Of a stretch of DNA of 64,000 nt, positions 55,839 to 64,000 are shown in pieces (within the stretch, counting starts at the first letter, position 1; every line of letters starts with the position of its first letter). A model generated the notes under the pieces. It was not told the origin of the DNA, made no database searches, and saw only the letters and a program-made list of their open reading frames with translations. Origin of the DNA: Christensenellaceae bacterium (GTDB lineage Bacteria > Bacillota > Clostridia > Christensenellales > SZUA-584); the NCBI GenBank assembly GCA_963674545.2, contig CAXXFB010000001.1:6881-70880 (forward strand), written 5' to 3'. Both the position numbers and the translations under genes were made by a program.

Positions 55839-56846
55839 ATGATGAAACCGGTTAAATGGGGCATAGTATCAACAGGGAACATTGCAGACAAATTTACAAA
55901 CAGTCTAAAACTGGTAGAGGGCGCAGTTATAGAGGCAGTTGCCTCCAGAAGTGAAGATAAGGCAATGGCATTTGCACAAATGCATGGTGCTAATAAGTAT
56001 TATTCAAGCTATGAACAAATGAGTGCTGACCCGCAGATTGATATAGTATATATCGGCACGCCTAACAATTATCATTATGAAAACTCAATAATGTTTATGG
56101 AAAAAGGCAAAAGTGTACTTTGCGAAAAACCGCTGGGCGTGAACGAAGCGCAGGTGAGAGCCATGATTGAAAAGGCAAAGCAGAATGGCGTCTTCTTCAT
56201 GGAAGGAATGTGGACGAGGTTTTTCCCTGCGATAAAAAAAGCACTGGAGTGGGTAAAGGATGGCTCAATAGGGCAGCCAAAAGCGCTCTTTGCCAATTTT
56301 GGAATAGACACTTCAGATAATAAAGAAGCATGGCGATTCAAGAATGATATGGCCGGCGGAGCTATGATGGATGTTGGGATATATCCGCTGGCTATGGCTT
56401 TTGCAGCTTTTGGCACAGACTACTGCGATATATATTCAACAGCAGTTGTTAAGAACGGAGTCGATGTAACGAACTCAGTTACGCTAACATATCCGGACGG
56501 AAAGTTTGCCGTGCTGGGAAGTTCTCTAAGTTTGATAATGGAGAATAAAGTGCTGATATCCGGGTCTGAAGGTGGAGTGAGTATTGGCGAGAACTGCAAC
56601 TGGTGGCGGCCTGACAGTGCAAGACTTTTGAAAAGGCAAGGCAATGTCATGGAGTATGACATAAAGGAAACATTCAAACAGCCATTTGAAACGATAGGTT
56701 TCCAGTTTGAAGCAAAGGCTGTTCAGGACTATTTCCTTGCCGGAGCGCAGCAGGCAGATGAAATGACGTGGGAAGATTCAATAAAGATATCGGCTGCTAT
56801 TGATAAGCTAAGAAAAACATGGGGCGTTGTATACGAAGAAGATTGA
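55839..56846 (+). CDS. Gfo/Idh/MocA-family NAD(P)-dependent oxidoreductase
   Basis: KWGIVSTGNIA Rossmann start, VLCEKP motif. 335 aa. Confidence 0.85.
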   Translation: MMKPVKWGIVSTGNIADKFTNSLKLVEGAVIEAVASRSEDKAMAFAQMHGANKYYSSYEQMSADPQIDIVYIGTPNNYHYENSIMFMEKGKSVLCEKPLGVNEAQVRAMIEKAKQNGVFFMEGMWTRFFPAIKKALEWVKDGSIGQPKALFANFGIDTSDNKEAWRFKNDMAGGAMMDVGIYPLAMAFAAFGTDYCDIYSTAVVKNGVDVTNSVTLTYPDGKFAVLGSSLSLIMENKVLISGSEGGVSIGENCNWWRPDSARLLKRQGNVMEYDIKETFKQPFETIGFQFEAKAVQDYFLAGAQQADEMTWEDSIKISAAIDKLRKTWGVVYEED

Positions 56847-56870
56847 TAAACTGAAAATTCAGCAATCTAA

Positions 56871-56898
56871 AGGAGCATATCATGATATGCTCCTTTTT
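56871..56898 (+). terminator. Rho-independent terminator
   Basis: AGGAGCATATC-AT-GATATGCTCCT followed by TTTT. Confidence 0.8.
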
Positions 56899-56990
56899 AG
56901 TATAGCCTGGCACATCAGAAGCGATATGCCAAGGTGCTGTTTAGCATCAAATGAAGCGCAAAAACTGGTATAAACTGCGCTTTACTTCAA

Positions 56991-57019
56991 TTGACAAGCA
57001 TTATAAATAACGATACAAT
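56991..57019 (+). promoter_or_regulatory. Sigma-A-type promoter upstream of the class II aldolase gene
   Basis: TTGACA (56991-56996), 17-nt spacer, TACAAT (57014-57019). Confidence 0.55.
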
Positions 57020-57099
57020 TAAAACGCTGTTAATACGAAATTTGATGCTTTGCTTTAGAAAAGGAAGTATTAAAATAAAAATTGAATGGAGAAAACGAA

Positions 57100-58005
57100 G
57101 TGATAAAAACAGGAGAAATCGTCAAAAATGCACTCAACGCCGGTATCGTTATACCGGCCTTTAACATACCGCATCTGCCGATGCTTGAGTATGTTATAAA
57201 GGCAGTCAGCGACCTTGATTCGTTTGCACTTATTCAAGTTGCCAGACTGGAGTGGGAAAAGTTTGAATCGAAGAGCTTAAAAGCAGTTCGGGACGAGTTT
57301 GAAAAGTATGATAACCCGAAAAATGTAAGACTGCATCTGGATCATGTTCCGGTAATAGACGAAGACCATCTTGAAGTAGACTACGTTTCTATAATTAAAG
57401 AGGCAATAGCGCTTGGATACAAATCTGTGATGGTGGACGGCTCAAGGTTAAGCCTTGATGAAAACATTGAAGCGACTAAGAAGGTTGCAGACATTTCACA
57501 CGCAGCAGGAATAGTTTGTGAAGCGGAGCTGGGAGCGGTGCTTGGGCACGAAGAGGGTCCGCTGCCGCCCTATGAAGAGCTCTTTGAATCCGGTGCGGGC
57601 TTTACCAGAGTGGATGAGGCTGTCAAGTTTGTAGAACAGTCAAATTGCGACTGGCTTTCAGTTGCTGTTGGAAACATCCACGGTGCGATATCTGCAGCTT
57701 CAAGAGATAAGAAAAAGCCTGAAGCAAGGATAAATATAGAGCATCTTAAAAAGCTGAAGGATGCAACGGGAATACCGCTGGTGCTGCACGGCGGCTCCGG
57801 GATAAGACAGGCAGACATTCTTGAAGCGGTTAAGAACGGTATAGCCAAGATAAACGTCGGCACAGAGATCCGCCAGGCATATGAGCAGGGCGTGAAGAGC
57901 ACAGGCAGCATAGAAGGCGGTCAACAAGCGTGCTATGAGCGTGTAAAGTGGCTGATAAGCGACTTCTTCCACATCGAAGGCACAAGAAAGATCGTTGCAG
58001 AATAA
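57100..58005 (+). CDS. Class II ketose-bisphosphate aldolase (FBA/tagatose-bisphosphate aldolase family)
   Basis: IPAFNIPHLPM, HLDHV, VMVDGS, EAELG, LSVAVGNIHG, LVLHGGSG. GTG 57100 is preferred (GGAGA RBS) over TTG 57082. Confidence 0.85.
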   Translation: MIKTGEIVKNALNAGIVIPAFNIPHLPMLEYVIKAVSDLDSFALIQVARLEWEKFESKSLKAVRDEFEKYDNPKNVRLHLDHVPVIDEDHLEVDYVSIIKEAIALGYKSVMVDGSRLSLDENIEATKKVADISHAAGIVCEAELGAVLGHEEGPLPPYEELFESGAGFTRVDEAVKFVEQSNCDWLSVAVGNIHGAISAASRDKKKPEARINIEHLKKLKDATGIPLVLHGGSGIRQADILEAVKNGIAKINVGTEIRQAYEQGVKSTGSIEGGQQACYERVKWLISDFFHIEGTRKIVAE

Positions 58006-58108
58006 TATAATCGTAACTGTAAGGAAGCTTGCATAATTCGCAGGCTTCTTTTAATATTGATATATAGTAGTATTAGATAAGGGATATACAAATTCAAAGG
58101 ATGCGCCA

Positions 58109-58738
58109 ATGGAGAATAGAGACAGATGGATAGTGTTCGACGCTATGGGTGTTATTTTCAAGGTGGGAGATGATACACGCAGGCTGCTTATTCCCATGCT
58201 GAAAGAACTTGCGCCGTCGTTCAGTTCACAGCAAATATACGATATATATATTGAAGCAAGCCTGGGCAACATATCAGCGTTTGACTTCTGGCAGAAGCTT
58301 GGATTGGGCGAAGACTATCCGGAAATACAGGATGCTTATCTTGATCAGTACCTTACTTTAGATGAGTTTTTCAAACCTGCGGCGGAAGAGTTAGCAGAGA
58401 ACTACAGGCTTGCGTTGCTCTCTAACGACCTTAGTGAGTGGTCAAAGCATCTTCGTGAAAGACACGGGCTGAATGAGTTTTTCGATGAAGTTATCATAAG
58501 TGCTGATGTGCACTGCCGAAAACCATCAGAACAGATATACAATATACTTCTGCAGCGTATAGGCGCACAATCCGGGGACTGCATTTTTATAGACGACAGC
58601 ATAGAAAATCTAAAAGCTGCTGCAAGGCTGGGCATACACACTATTCTTTACAATCGCGACAGGATAACTAATTTTGACGGATACTTGATCAATTCTTTTG
58701 TCGATTTGAAACATGTCGTTCACAAAATTTACAGTTAA
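58109..58738 (+). CDS. HAD-superfamily hydrolase (subfamily IA)
   Basis: IVFDAMGVIF (DxxG variant of motif I), LLSND, KP, FIDDS. Confidence 0.7.
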   Translation: MENRDRWIVFDAMGVIFKVGDDTRRLLIPMLKELAPSFSSQQIYDIYIEASLGNISAFDFWQKLGLGEDYPEIQDAYLDQYLTLDEFFKPAAEELAENYRLALLSNDLSEWSKHLRERHGLNEFFDEVIISADVHCRKPSEQIYNILLQRIGAQSGDCIFIDDSIENLKAAARLGIHTILYNRDRITNFDGYLINSFVDLKHVVHKIYS

Positions 58739-58835
58739 CATGAACATTGTTCATTTTTTTTGATTTTGCATAAACATTCATAATATATATATGCTATAAT
58801 GCAGAGGTTGCAAAACAATCTGTTTGGAGGGTATC

Positions 58836-60161
58836 ATGAAGATCATAGCACTTACTGGCATGCTCGGATATGGTTATACAAACAAAGCGCTTGAAAACGC
58901 ATTTGAGCAGAATCCAGACTACATCGGCGTTGACGCAGGCTCAACAGACCCGGGCCCCTACTATCTCGGCAGCGGCAAGTCTTTTACAAATCGCAGCGCA
59001 GTCAAGCGTGACCTTGCGCTTTCACTTCCAAGAGCAGTGAAAAACAAAATACCATTCATTATCGGCACAGCGGGCGGCAGCGGCGCAAAACCGCACGTAG
59101 ACTGGCTGTGCGAAATAATAGATGAGATTGCATCGGAGTACAATCTGTCTTTTAAAACGGCTGTTATATATGCGGATGTCGAAAAAGATTACGTGCTAAA
59201 GAAATATAGTGAAGGCAAGATTAAGCCTATGGGAAAGCTGGAAGCAACTCCGCAGAGCATAGAGAAGAGCAACCGTATAGTAGCTCAACTGTCTGCAAAA
59301 CCTGTAATAGAGGCGCTGGACAACTGTGCAGATGTAATAATCGCAGGAAGACTTTGCGATACGGCGATATATGCCGCACCTGCAATACGAGAAGGTTTTG
59401 ACCATGGCCTTGCGTTCCACATGGCAAAGATAATGGAGTGCGGCAGCATGTGCAGCGAACCGCTTAGCGCATCAGACGTTATGATGGGCGAGATAAACGG
59501 CGACAGTTTTGTACTTACTCCTATGAACGATATAAGAAAATGCACTATACAGAGGGTGGCGGCGCATACGATGTATGAGCAGTCCAATCCATATAAGATA
59601 TATGAGCCGGATGGTGAGATCGACCTTGAAAACAGCAGCTATGACCAGATAAGCGAGCGAAGCGTGAGGGTTTCGGGCAGTGTTATAAAAGAAGCGCAGA
59701 AGAAGACACTGAAGCTTGAAGGGACGATGATCGCCGGTTACCGCACTATTAGTATTGCCAGCATAAATGATCCGGTAACCATAGACAACATCGACCTTAT
59801 CTTTAACAGTGCAAAAGAGTTTGCGGCAGAAAACTTTTCTGACATTCCCGCTGACGACTACAGAATTTCGCTTAAAAAATATGGAAGCAGAGAAACGAGC
59901 TTCGGTATAATATTGGAAGTGGTCGGGAAAACTTGTGAAATTTCGGAGGCAGTCTGTGCTGTAATGCGTGCACGAATGCTTCACTTCGATTATCCGGGAA
60001 GAAAATCTACGGCAGGCAATCTTGCATTCCCGTATTCGCCTTCGGATGTAAAGATGGGAGAGGTATACACATTCAGCCTCTATCATCTGTGTGAAGTAGA
60101 TGACGAGATGGAATGTGCAAAAATAGTATACGGAGGTTACACAGATGGCGAAGCTTATTGA
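58836..60161 (+). CDS. AtuA-like (DUF1446) family protein
   Basis: ~440 aa. Sits immediately upstream of, and overlaps, a DUF4387-type gene, the usual partner arrangement for this family. Assignment is partly by context. Confidence 0.5.
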   Translation: MKIIALTGMLGYGYTNKALENAFEQNPDYIGVDAGSTDPGPYYLGSGKSFTNRSAVKRDLALSLPRAVKNKIPFIIGTAGGSGAKPHVDWLCEIIDEIASEYNLSFKTAVIYADVEKDYVLKKYSEGKIKPMGKLEATPQSIEKSNRIVAQLSAKPVIEALDNCADVIIAGRLCDTAIYAAPAIREGFDHGLAFHMAKIMECGSMCSEPLSASDVMMGEINGDSFVLTPMNDIRKCTIQRVAAHTMYEQSNPYKIYEPDGEIDLENSSYDQISERSVRVSGSVIKEAQKKTLKLEGTMIAGYRTISIASINDPVTIDNIDLIFNSAKEFAAENFSDIPADDYRISLKKYGSRETSFGIILEVVGKTCEISEAVCAVMRARMLHFDYPGRKSTAGNLAFPYSPSDVKMGEVYTFSLYHLCEVDDEMECAKIVYGGYTDGEAY

Positions 60162-60444
60162 TGTGGCAAGGATAGTAAGGTCTAAGAACGCCGGCCCGCT
60201 GTATGTGACTTTTGATATTATGTTTGATTCAAAGGCTGACCTTCATCGTGCTGCAGCTGCTATAGATGAAAAGCTGATATCGGCTCTATACTGCGTAGAC
60301 GAAAAGGATGTATCGATAATACCTTATGATGTAGTAAATTCAATGAAGATAACCATACCGAGAGACTTTATAAGCGGCGAAATAGGCGACGACGATATAT
60401 ACGGCTGTCAGCAGCATGTGAAGCTATCACAGGTCGAGATATAA
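60145..60444 (+). CDS. DUF4387-family small protein
   Basis: AKLIDVARIVRSKNAGPLYVTFDIMFD matches my recollection of the DUF4387 RSKNAGP motif. 99 aa. Overlaps the upstream gene by 17 nt. Confidence 0.55.
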   Translation: MAKLIDVARIVRSKNAGPLYVTFDIMFDSKADLHRAAAAIDEKLISALYCVDEKDVSIIPYDVVNSMKITIPRDFISGEIGDDDIYGCQQHVKLSQVEI

Positions 60445-60455
60445 CGGGGGATAGT

Positions 60456-61373
60456 ATGCTCACACAGGAAACATTGAAACAGGCGGTTTTCAAAGCTATC
60501 GTAAAAGGTTCAAGCTACATAAGCGATGATGTACTGGAAGCGCTCAAAAACGCATATGAAACAGAATCGAACACCTCAACGAAGCTGGGGCTTAAAAGCT
60601 CTATAGACAGCCTTTTGATATCAAGAGAAATAGGAAGTCCTGCATGCCCGGATACAGGCTGGCCGCTTTTTTTCTTTAAGATTGGAAACGAAGCGCAGAT
60701 AGAGGGCGGAATACTTGCACTGGAAGACAGCGTTCGGCAGATGGTGGAAAAAGCTACTGAAGAGGGATACTTGCGAAAAACTATGAAGCATCCTCTTACA
60801 GGATACGACCCGGGTAACAACATTGGCAACAATATACCATGGTTTACATACAAATTTGTGCCGGGAGATAAGCTGCAGGTTACATACGTAGCAAAGGGCG
60901 GAGGCAGCGAGGTGTTTGGCGGAACACAGTCACGCATGGTTGCTTTTGCTGACGGAACTGCCGGAATAAAGAAATTCGTTATTGATGCGTTTAAAGCTGC
61001 AACATATGCCGGGGCGATATGCCCGCCTTCGATACTTGGCGTAGGCATTGGCGGCACGGCAAATATAGCTGCAGACCTTGCAAAAGAAGCGGCATGTCTG
61101 CGCACGATAGGAACCCACAACCCGGAAAGAGAATTCAGAACGCTGGAAGATGAACTGGAAAAGGCAATAAATTCGCTGGGAATAGGAACTATGGGTTCAG
61201 GCGGCAGTACAAGTGTATTGAAGGTAAACGTGGAGTACGCATACACGCACATAGCGGGTATAGCTGTAGCCATCAGCAGCAACTGTTTTGTTGCAAGGCG
61301 GGGCACATACCTTGTTCATGCAGACGGCAGTATGAAATACTTAAGCGACCCGGACTGGTTTGGAGGACGCTAA
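60456..61373 (+). CDS. Fe-S-type hydro-lyase alpha subunit (class I fumarase / L(+)-tartrate dehydratase TtdA family)
   Basis: CPDTGWP (CQDTG-like), VAKGGGSE, CPPSILGVGIGGT. Confidence 0.8.
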   Translation: MLTQETLKQAVFKAIVKGSSYISDDVLEALKNAYETESNTSTKLGLKSSIDSLLISREIGSPACPDTGWPLFFFKIGNEAQIEGGILALEDSVRQMVEKATEEGYLRKTMKHPLTGYDPGNNIGNNIPWFTYKFVPGDKLQVTYVAKGGGSEVFGGTQSRMVAFADGTAGIKKFVIDAFKAATYAGAICPPSILGVGIGGTANIAADLAKEAACLRTIGTHNPEREFRTLEDELEKAINSLGIGTMGSGGSTSVLKVNVEYAYTHIAGIAVAISSNCFVARRGTYLVHADGSMKYLSDPDWFGGR

Positions 61374-61374
61374 A

Positions 61375-61998
61375 ATGAATGAATATCATCTTGTTTCGCC
61401 GCTTAAAGAAAGCGATATTAAAAAACTTCGGATAGGTGATACAGTCTACCTGTCAGGGAAGGCATTCACATGCCGCTCGAAGCTTCAAAGGTCTGTTTTT
61501 GATGAAGGATTAAAGCTTCCGGAAAATCTGATGGAGAACGATATACTTATACACGTCGGTCCGGTGATAAGAAAGCGTGAAGGAAACTATAAGCTGATTT
61601 CGTTCATGCCTACTTCCAGCGTAAGGTTTGAAAAATGGGGAGCGCTTTCAATTGAAAAATGGGGGCTAAAAGCGATCGTAGGGAAAACTACCATGGGTGA
61701 TGAGACGGCAGAGGCAATGAAGCGCTTAGGATGTGTACATCTGTCTCCAAGAAGCGTCAGCCCGAATCTGTGGGTAAATTCCATAGTGATAGAAGGGGTA
61801 GACCTGTTTGATGAAATGGGTTCTATAGAAGCGCCGTGGCAGCTAAGTATAAACGAGCTTGGGCCTTTTGTTGTAGATATGGACACTCAGGGCGGCAGAC
61901 TGTTTGAAGTTCTGGATAAAGAGGTCGAACGCAACCTCGACAAAGCATATAAAGACCTTGGTATACCCGAAGACTTTAAATATACTAAGCTTTATTAG
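61375..61998 (+). CDS. Fe-S-type hydro-lyase beta subunit (FumA C-terminal / TtdB family)
   Basis: GDTVYLSGKAFTCR, HVGPV, MPTSS.RFEKW, IVGKTTMG, EAPWQLSINELGPFVVDMDTQG. Confidence 0.75.
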   Translation: MNEYHLVSPLKESDIKKLRIGDTVYLSGKAFTCRSKLQRSVFDEGLKLPENLMENDILIHVGPVIRKREGNYKLISFMPTSSVRFEKWGALSIEKWGLKAIVGKTTMGDETAEAMKRLGCVHLSPRSVSPNLWVNSIVIEGVDLFDEMGSIEAPWQLSINELGPFVVDMDTQGGRLFEVLDKEVERNLDKAYKDLGIPEDFKYTKLY

Positions 61999-62218
61999 CT
62001 TTGTGTAGCCGGAAGAGTATGTTGTTTATGTGCGTTGTAACTGATATATAATAGAATAATTCTAATAATGTATCGAATTTTTAGATTCTATTATCAGAAA
62101 GCATAAAAAACAAGATAACATTTACCGTTATTTGCATCAGGGTGTAACATTATTTATTGCTTGCATGCTGAAAATAATGGTAATAGAATATAATCATATA
62201 ATAAGAGGAGATATTTTA

Positions 62219-63001
62219 ATGAAAGATGTGATGGACAGAATCGGCAGATTAGGGCTGGTTCCGGTTGTAGTGATAGAAGATGAAAAAGACGCTTTGCAAA
62301 CAGCTAAAGCGATGATAGATGGCGGGCTGCCGGTAATGGAGATTACTTTACGTACCGATGCAGGTATACCTTCAATAGCAAGAATCAAGAAGGAGTATCC
62401 GCAAATACTGCTTGGTGCCGGAACGGTGCTAAGCGTAAGCAAAGCAAAGGAAGCGGTAGAAGCCGGTGCAGAGTTTATTGTTGCGCCAGGGTTCAATGAT
62501 GAGCTTGTTAAGTGGTGCATAGATAACGACGTTGCAGTAACGCCCGGTTGCGTCACACCGACAGAGATAGAGCATGCGCTGTCGTTTGGACTGAATATAC
62601 TGAAGTTCTTTCCCGCCAGCATATATGGCGGTATTAAGGGGTGCAAAGCGCTCTACGGTCCATACAGGATGGTCAAATTTATACCAACCGGAGGAGTTGC
62701 GTTAAATAACCTTTCAGAATTTGCCGACAAGGAATTTATACATGCAATTGGCGGCGGATGGCTTTGCAAGACGACGGATATCAGCAAAGGTAATTTCGAT
62801 GATATCGTTAGCACGGTAAAAGAGTCTATAGACGTGCTGCTTGGATTTTGTCTTGACGATATTGCTAAGTTTGGCGGCGATGTGGAAACAAACAATCTTT
62901 CGCGTGCTGCTTACTACCTTGAGGCAAAGGGCTGCAAAGCGGTATCTGAAAATCAGTACACCAGCAGCAGCGGAAAAACGATAAATATTAAATTAAAATA
63001 G
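62219..63001 (+). CDS. eda: KDPG/KHG aldolase (Eda) with ~50-aa C-terminal extension
   Basis: [38 protein letters not shown] (Schiff-base Lys), [18 protein letters not shown] before ATG 62219. Confidence 0.88.
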   Translation: MKDVMDRIGRLGLVPVVVIEDEKDALQTAKAMIDGGLPVMEITLRTDAGIPSIARIKKEYPQILLGAGTVLSVSKAKEAVEAGAEFIVAPGFNDELVKWCIDNDVAVTPGCVTPTEIEHALSFGLNILKFFPASIYGGIKGCKALYGPYRMVKFIPTGGVALNNLSEFADKEFIHAIGGGWLCKTTDISKGNFDDIVSTVKESIDVLLGFCLDDIAKFGGDVETNNLSRAAYYLEAKGCKAVSENQYTSSSGKTINIKLK

Positions 63002-63011
63002 GAGACAGAGA

Positions 63012-64000
63012 ATGAAGATAGTAACATTCGGTGAGATAATGCTAAGGCTGAAGAGCCCCGGACACGAGAGATTTTTTCAAAGCCCTATGATGGAAGCAAC
63101 TTTCGGCGGCGGTGAAGCAAATGTTGCGGTTTCACTTGCCAACTTCGGTATGGATGCCGCTTTTGTAACAGTGCTGCCTGAAAATGTAATAGGAGATGAG
63201 TGTGTAAAGGAGCTGCGCCGCTTTGGTGTAGATACATCGAAGATACAACGCGGTAAAGGCAGGATGGGAATATATTTCCTTGAAGCCGGAGCAAACCAGC
63301 GCCCCTCTAATGTTGTGTACGACAGGAGCGATTCATCAATTGCACTTGCACAGGATATCGACTGGGACAGTGCACTTGATGGTGCAGACTGGTTTCACAT
63401 CACCGGCATTACGCCTGCTGTTTCAAAGAGCGCTAAAGAGCTTTCATTCGAGGCTGTAAAGCAGGCAAAAAAACGGGGTATAAAGGTTTCGTGCGACTTT
63501 AACTACCGTGGAAAGCTGTGGAAATATGGGCAGGCGGCAACGGAAGTGATGCCGGAGCTTGTAAAGTATGTCGATGTAGGCATAGCTAACGAGGAAGACT
63601 GTCAGAAGTCTTTGGGTATCAAAGCAGATGCGCAGGTAGAAAAAGGCGAGCTGAGTCTCGAAAAATATCAGGCTCTTTCTGAAAAGGTGCTCGAACAGTT
63701 CCCAGATCTTAAAATGTTAGCTATAACTCTGCGTGAGAGCATATCTGCAGACTCGAACGGCTGGTCTGCATGCCTTAACGACAGAAAAGGTTTCTATCAT
63801 TCAAAACAGTATGCGATAAATGACATAATCGACAGAGTAGGCGGCGGAGACTCTTTTGCCGCAGGGCTTATATACGGACTTAACTCTTACGAAACAAACG
63901 CAGAAGCTTTGGAGTTTGCTGTTGCGGCAAGCTGCCTTAAGCATTCGGTCATCGGAGACTTCAACAGAGTAAGCGTTTCAGAAGTGGAGAAGCTCAAAGG
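63012..64000 (+). CDS. kdgK: 2-dehydro-3-deoxygluconokinase (KdgK, PfkB family), 3' end outside window
   Basis: My translation: [76 protein letters not shown]...[17 protein letters not shown]. The frame is open to the window edge, so it is not in the ORF track. Confidence 0.88.
   Translation, partial: MKIVTFGEIMLRLKSPGHERFFQSPMMEATFGGGEANVAVSLANFGMDAAFVTVLPENVIGDECVKELRRFGVDTSKIQRGKGRMGIYFLEAGANQRPSNVVYDRSDSSIALAQDIDWDSALDGADWFHITGITPAVSKSAKELSFEAVKQAKKRGIKVSCDFNYRGKLWKYGQAATEVMPELVKYVDVGIANEEDCQKSLGIKADAQVEKGELSLEKYQALSEKVLEQFPDLKMLAITLRESISADSNGWSACLNDRKGFYHSKQYAINDIIDRVGGGDSFAAGLIYGLNSYETNAEALEFAVAASCLKHSVIGDFNRVSVSEVEKLK

Noticed and set aside
60515-61306. 263-aa minus-strand ORF
   Set aside because: It is antisense to the Fe-S hydro-lyase alpha subunit, which has clear family motifs. 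The antisense product is Pro/Ser/Ala-rich with no motif.
62850-63001. C-terminal ~50-aa extension of Eda as a separate functional domain
   Set aside because: It is too short and featureless for me to assign. It may simply be a lineage-specific tail, so it is noted in the feature table only.

Overview
This 64-kb chromosomal window looks like a Clostridia-type Firmicute, judged from AGGAGG-like RBSs, lipobox lipoproteins, IS200/IS21 elements and gene content. That taxonomic call is inference only.

(1) 1-8.0 kb holds sugar-handling genes: the 3' end of an FGGY kinase, an aldo/keto reductase and two PMI-like cupins. It also holds an orphan solute-binding lipoprotein translationally coupled to a membrane-anchored AraC-type regulator, and an acidic lipoprotein.

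(2) 8.1-25.4 kb is an accessory patchwork.
- It starts with a doubly truncated, frameshifted LacI-family gene, a decayed IS200 copy and a visibly AT-rich spacer.
- Next is a compact five-gene bacterial microcompartment (BMC) cassette: BMC-H, BMC-P, BMC-H, BMC-P and a divergent DERA-family aldolase with an apparent encapsulation peptide. It has none of the usual aldehyde-processing partners.
- Then comes a ~10.8-kb island bounded by ~97-bp imperfect direct repeats. The repeats duplicate the 3' end and terminator of tRNA-Ser(GGA).
- The island carries ParB-like/ParM/ParR plasmid-type genes, a MerR-CDF pair, an IS21 element with an intact 5-bp target duplication, an orphan McrC and an ADP-ribosylglycohydrolase fusion. 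No integrase is present.
- Two abutting, diverged IS200/IS605 copies lie just beyond the tRNA.

(3) 25.4-64 kb is a dense set of metabolic genes with no transporter gene.
- Redox enzymes, and a patatin gene next to a catalytically degenerate patatin paralogue.
- A ROK/ALDH/NagA-like/NagB-like module.
- An extracytoplasmic MsrAB (frameshifted) with a thioredoxin-like lipoprotein.
- A HisD-like dehydrogenase cluster with class III aminotransferases, PF04909 amidohydrolases and NagA-like paralogues.
- Three mechanistically different aldolases in one operon-like run.
- An AtuA/DUF4387 pair with an Fe-S hydro-lyase pair.
- Eda and KdgK.

The minimal BMC cassette is the most unusual item. All functional calls rest on motifs I recognise by eye; no database search was run.
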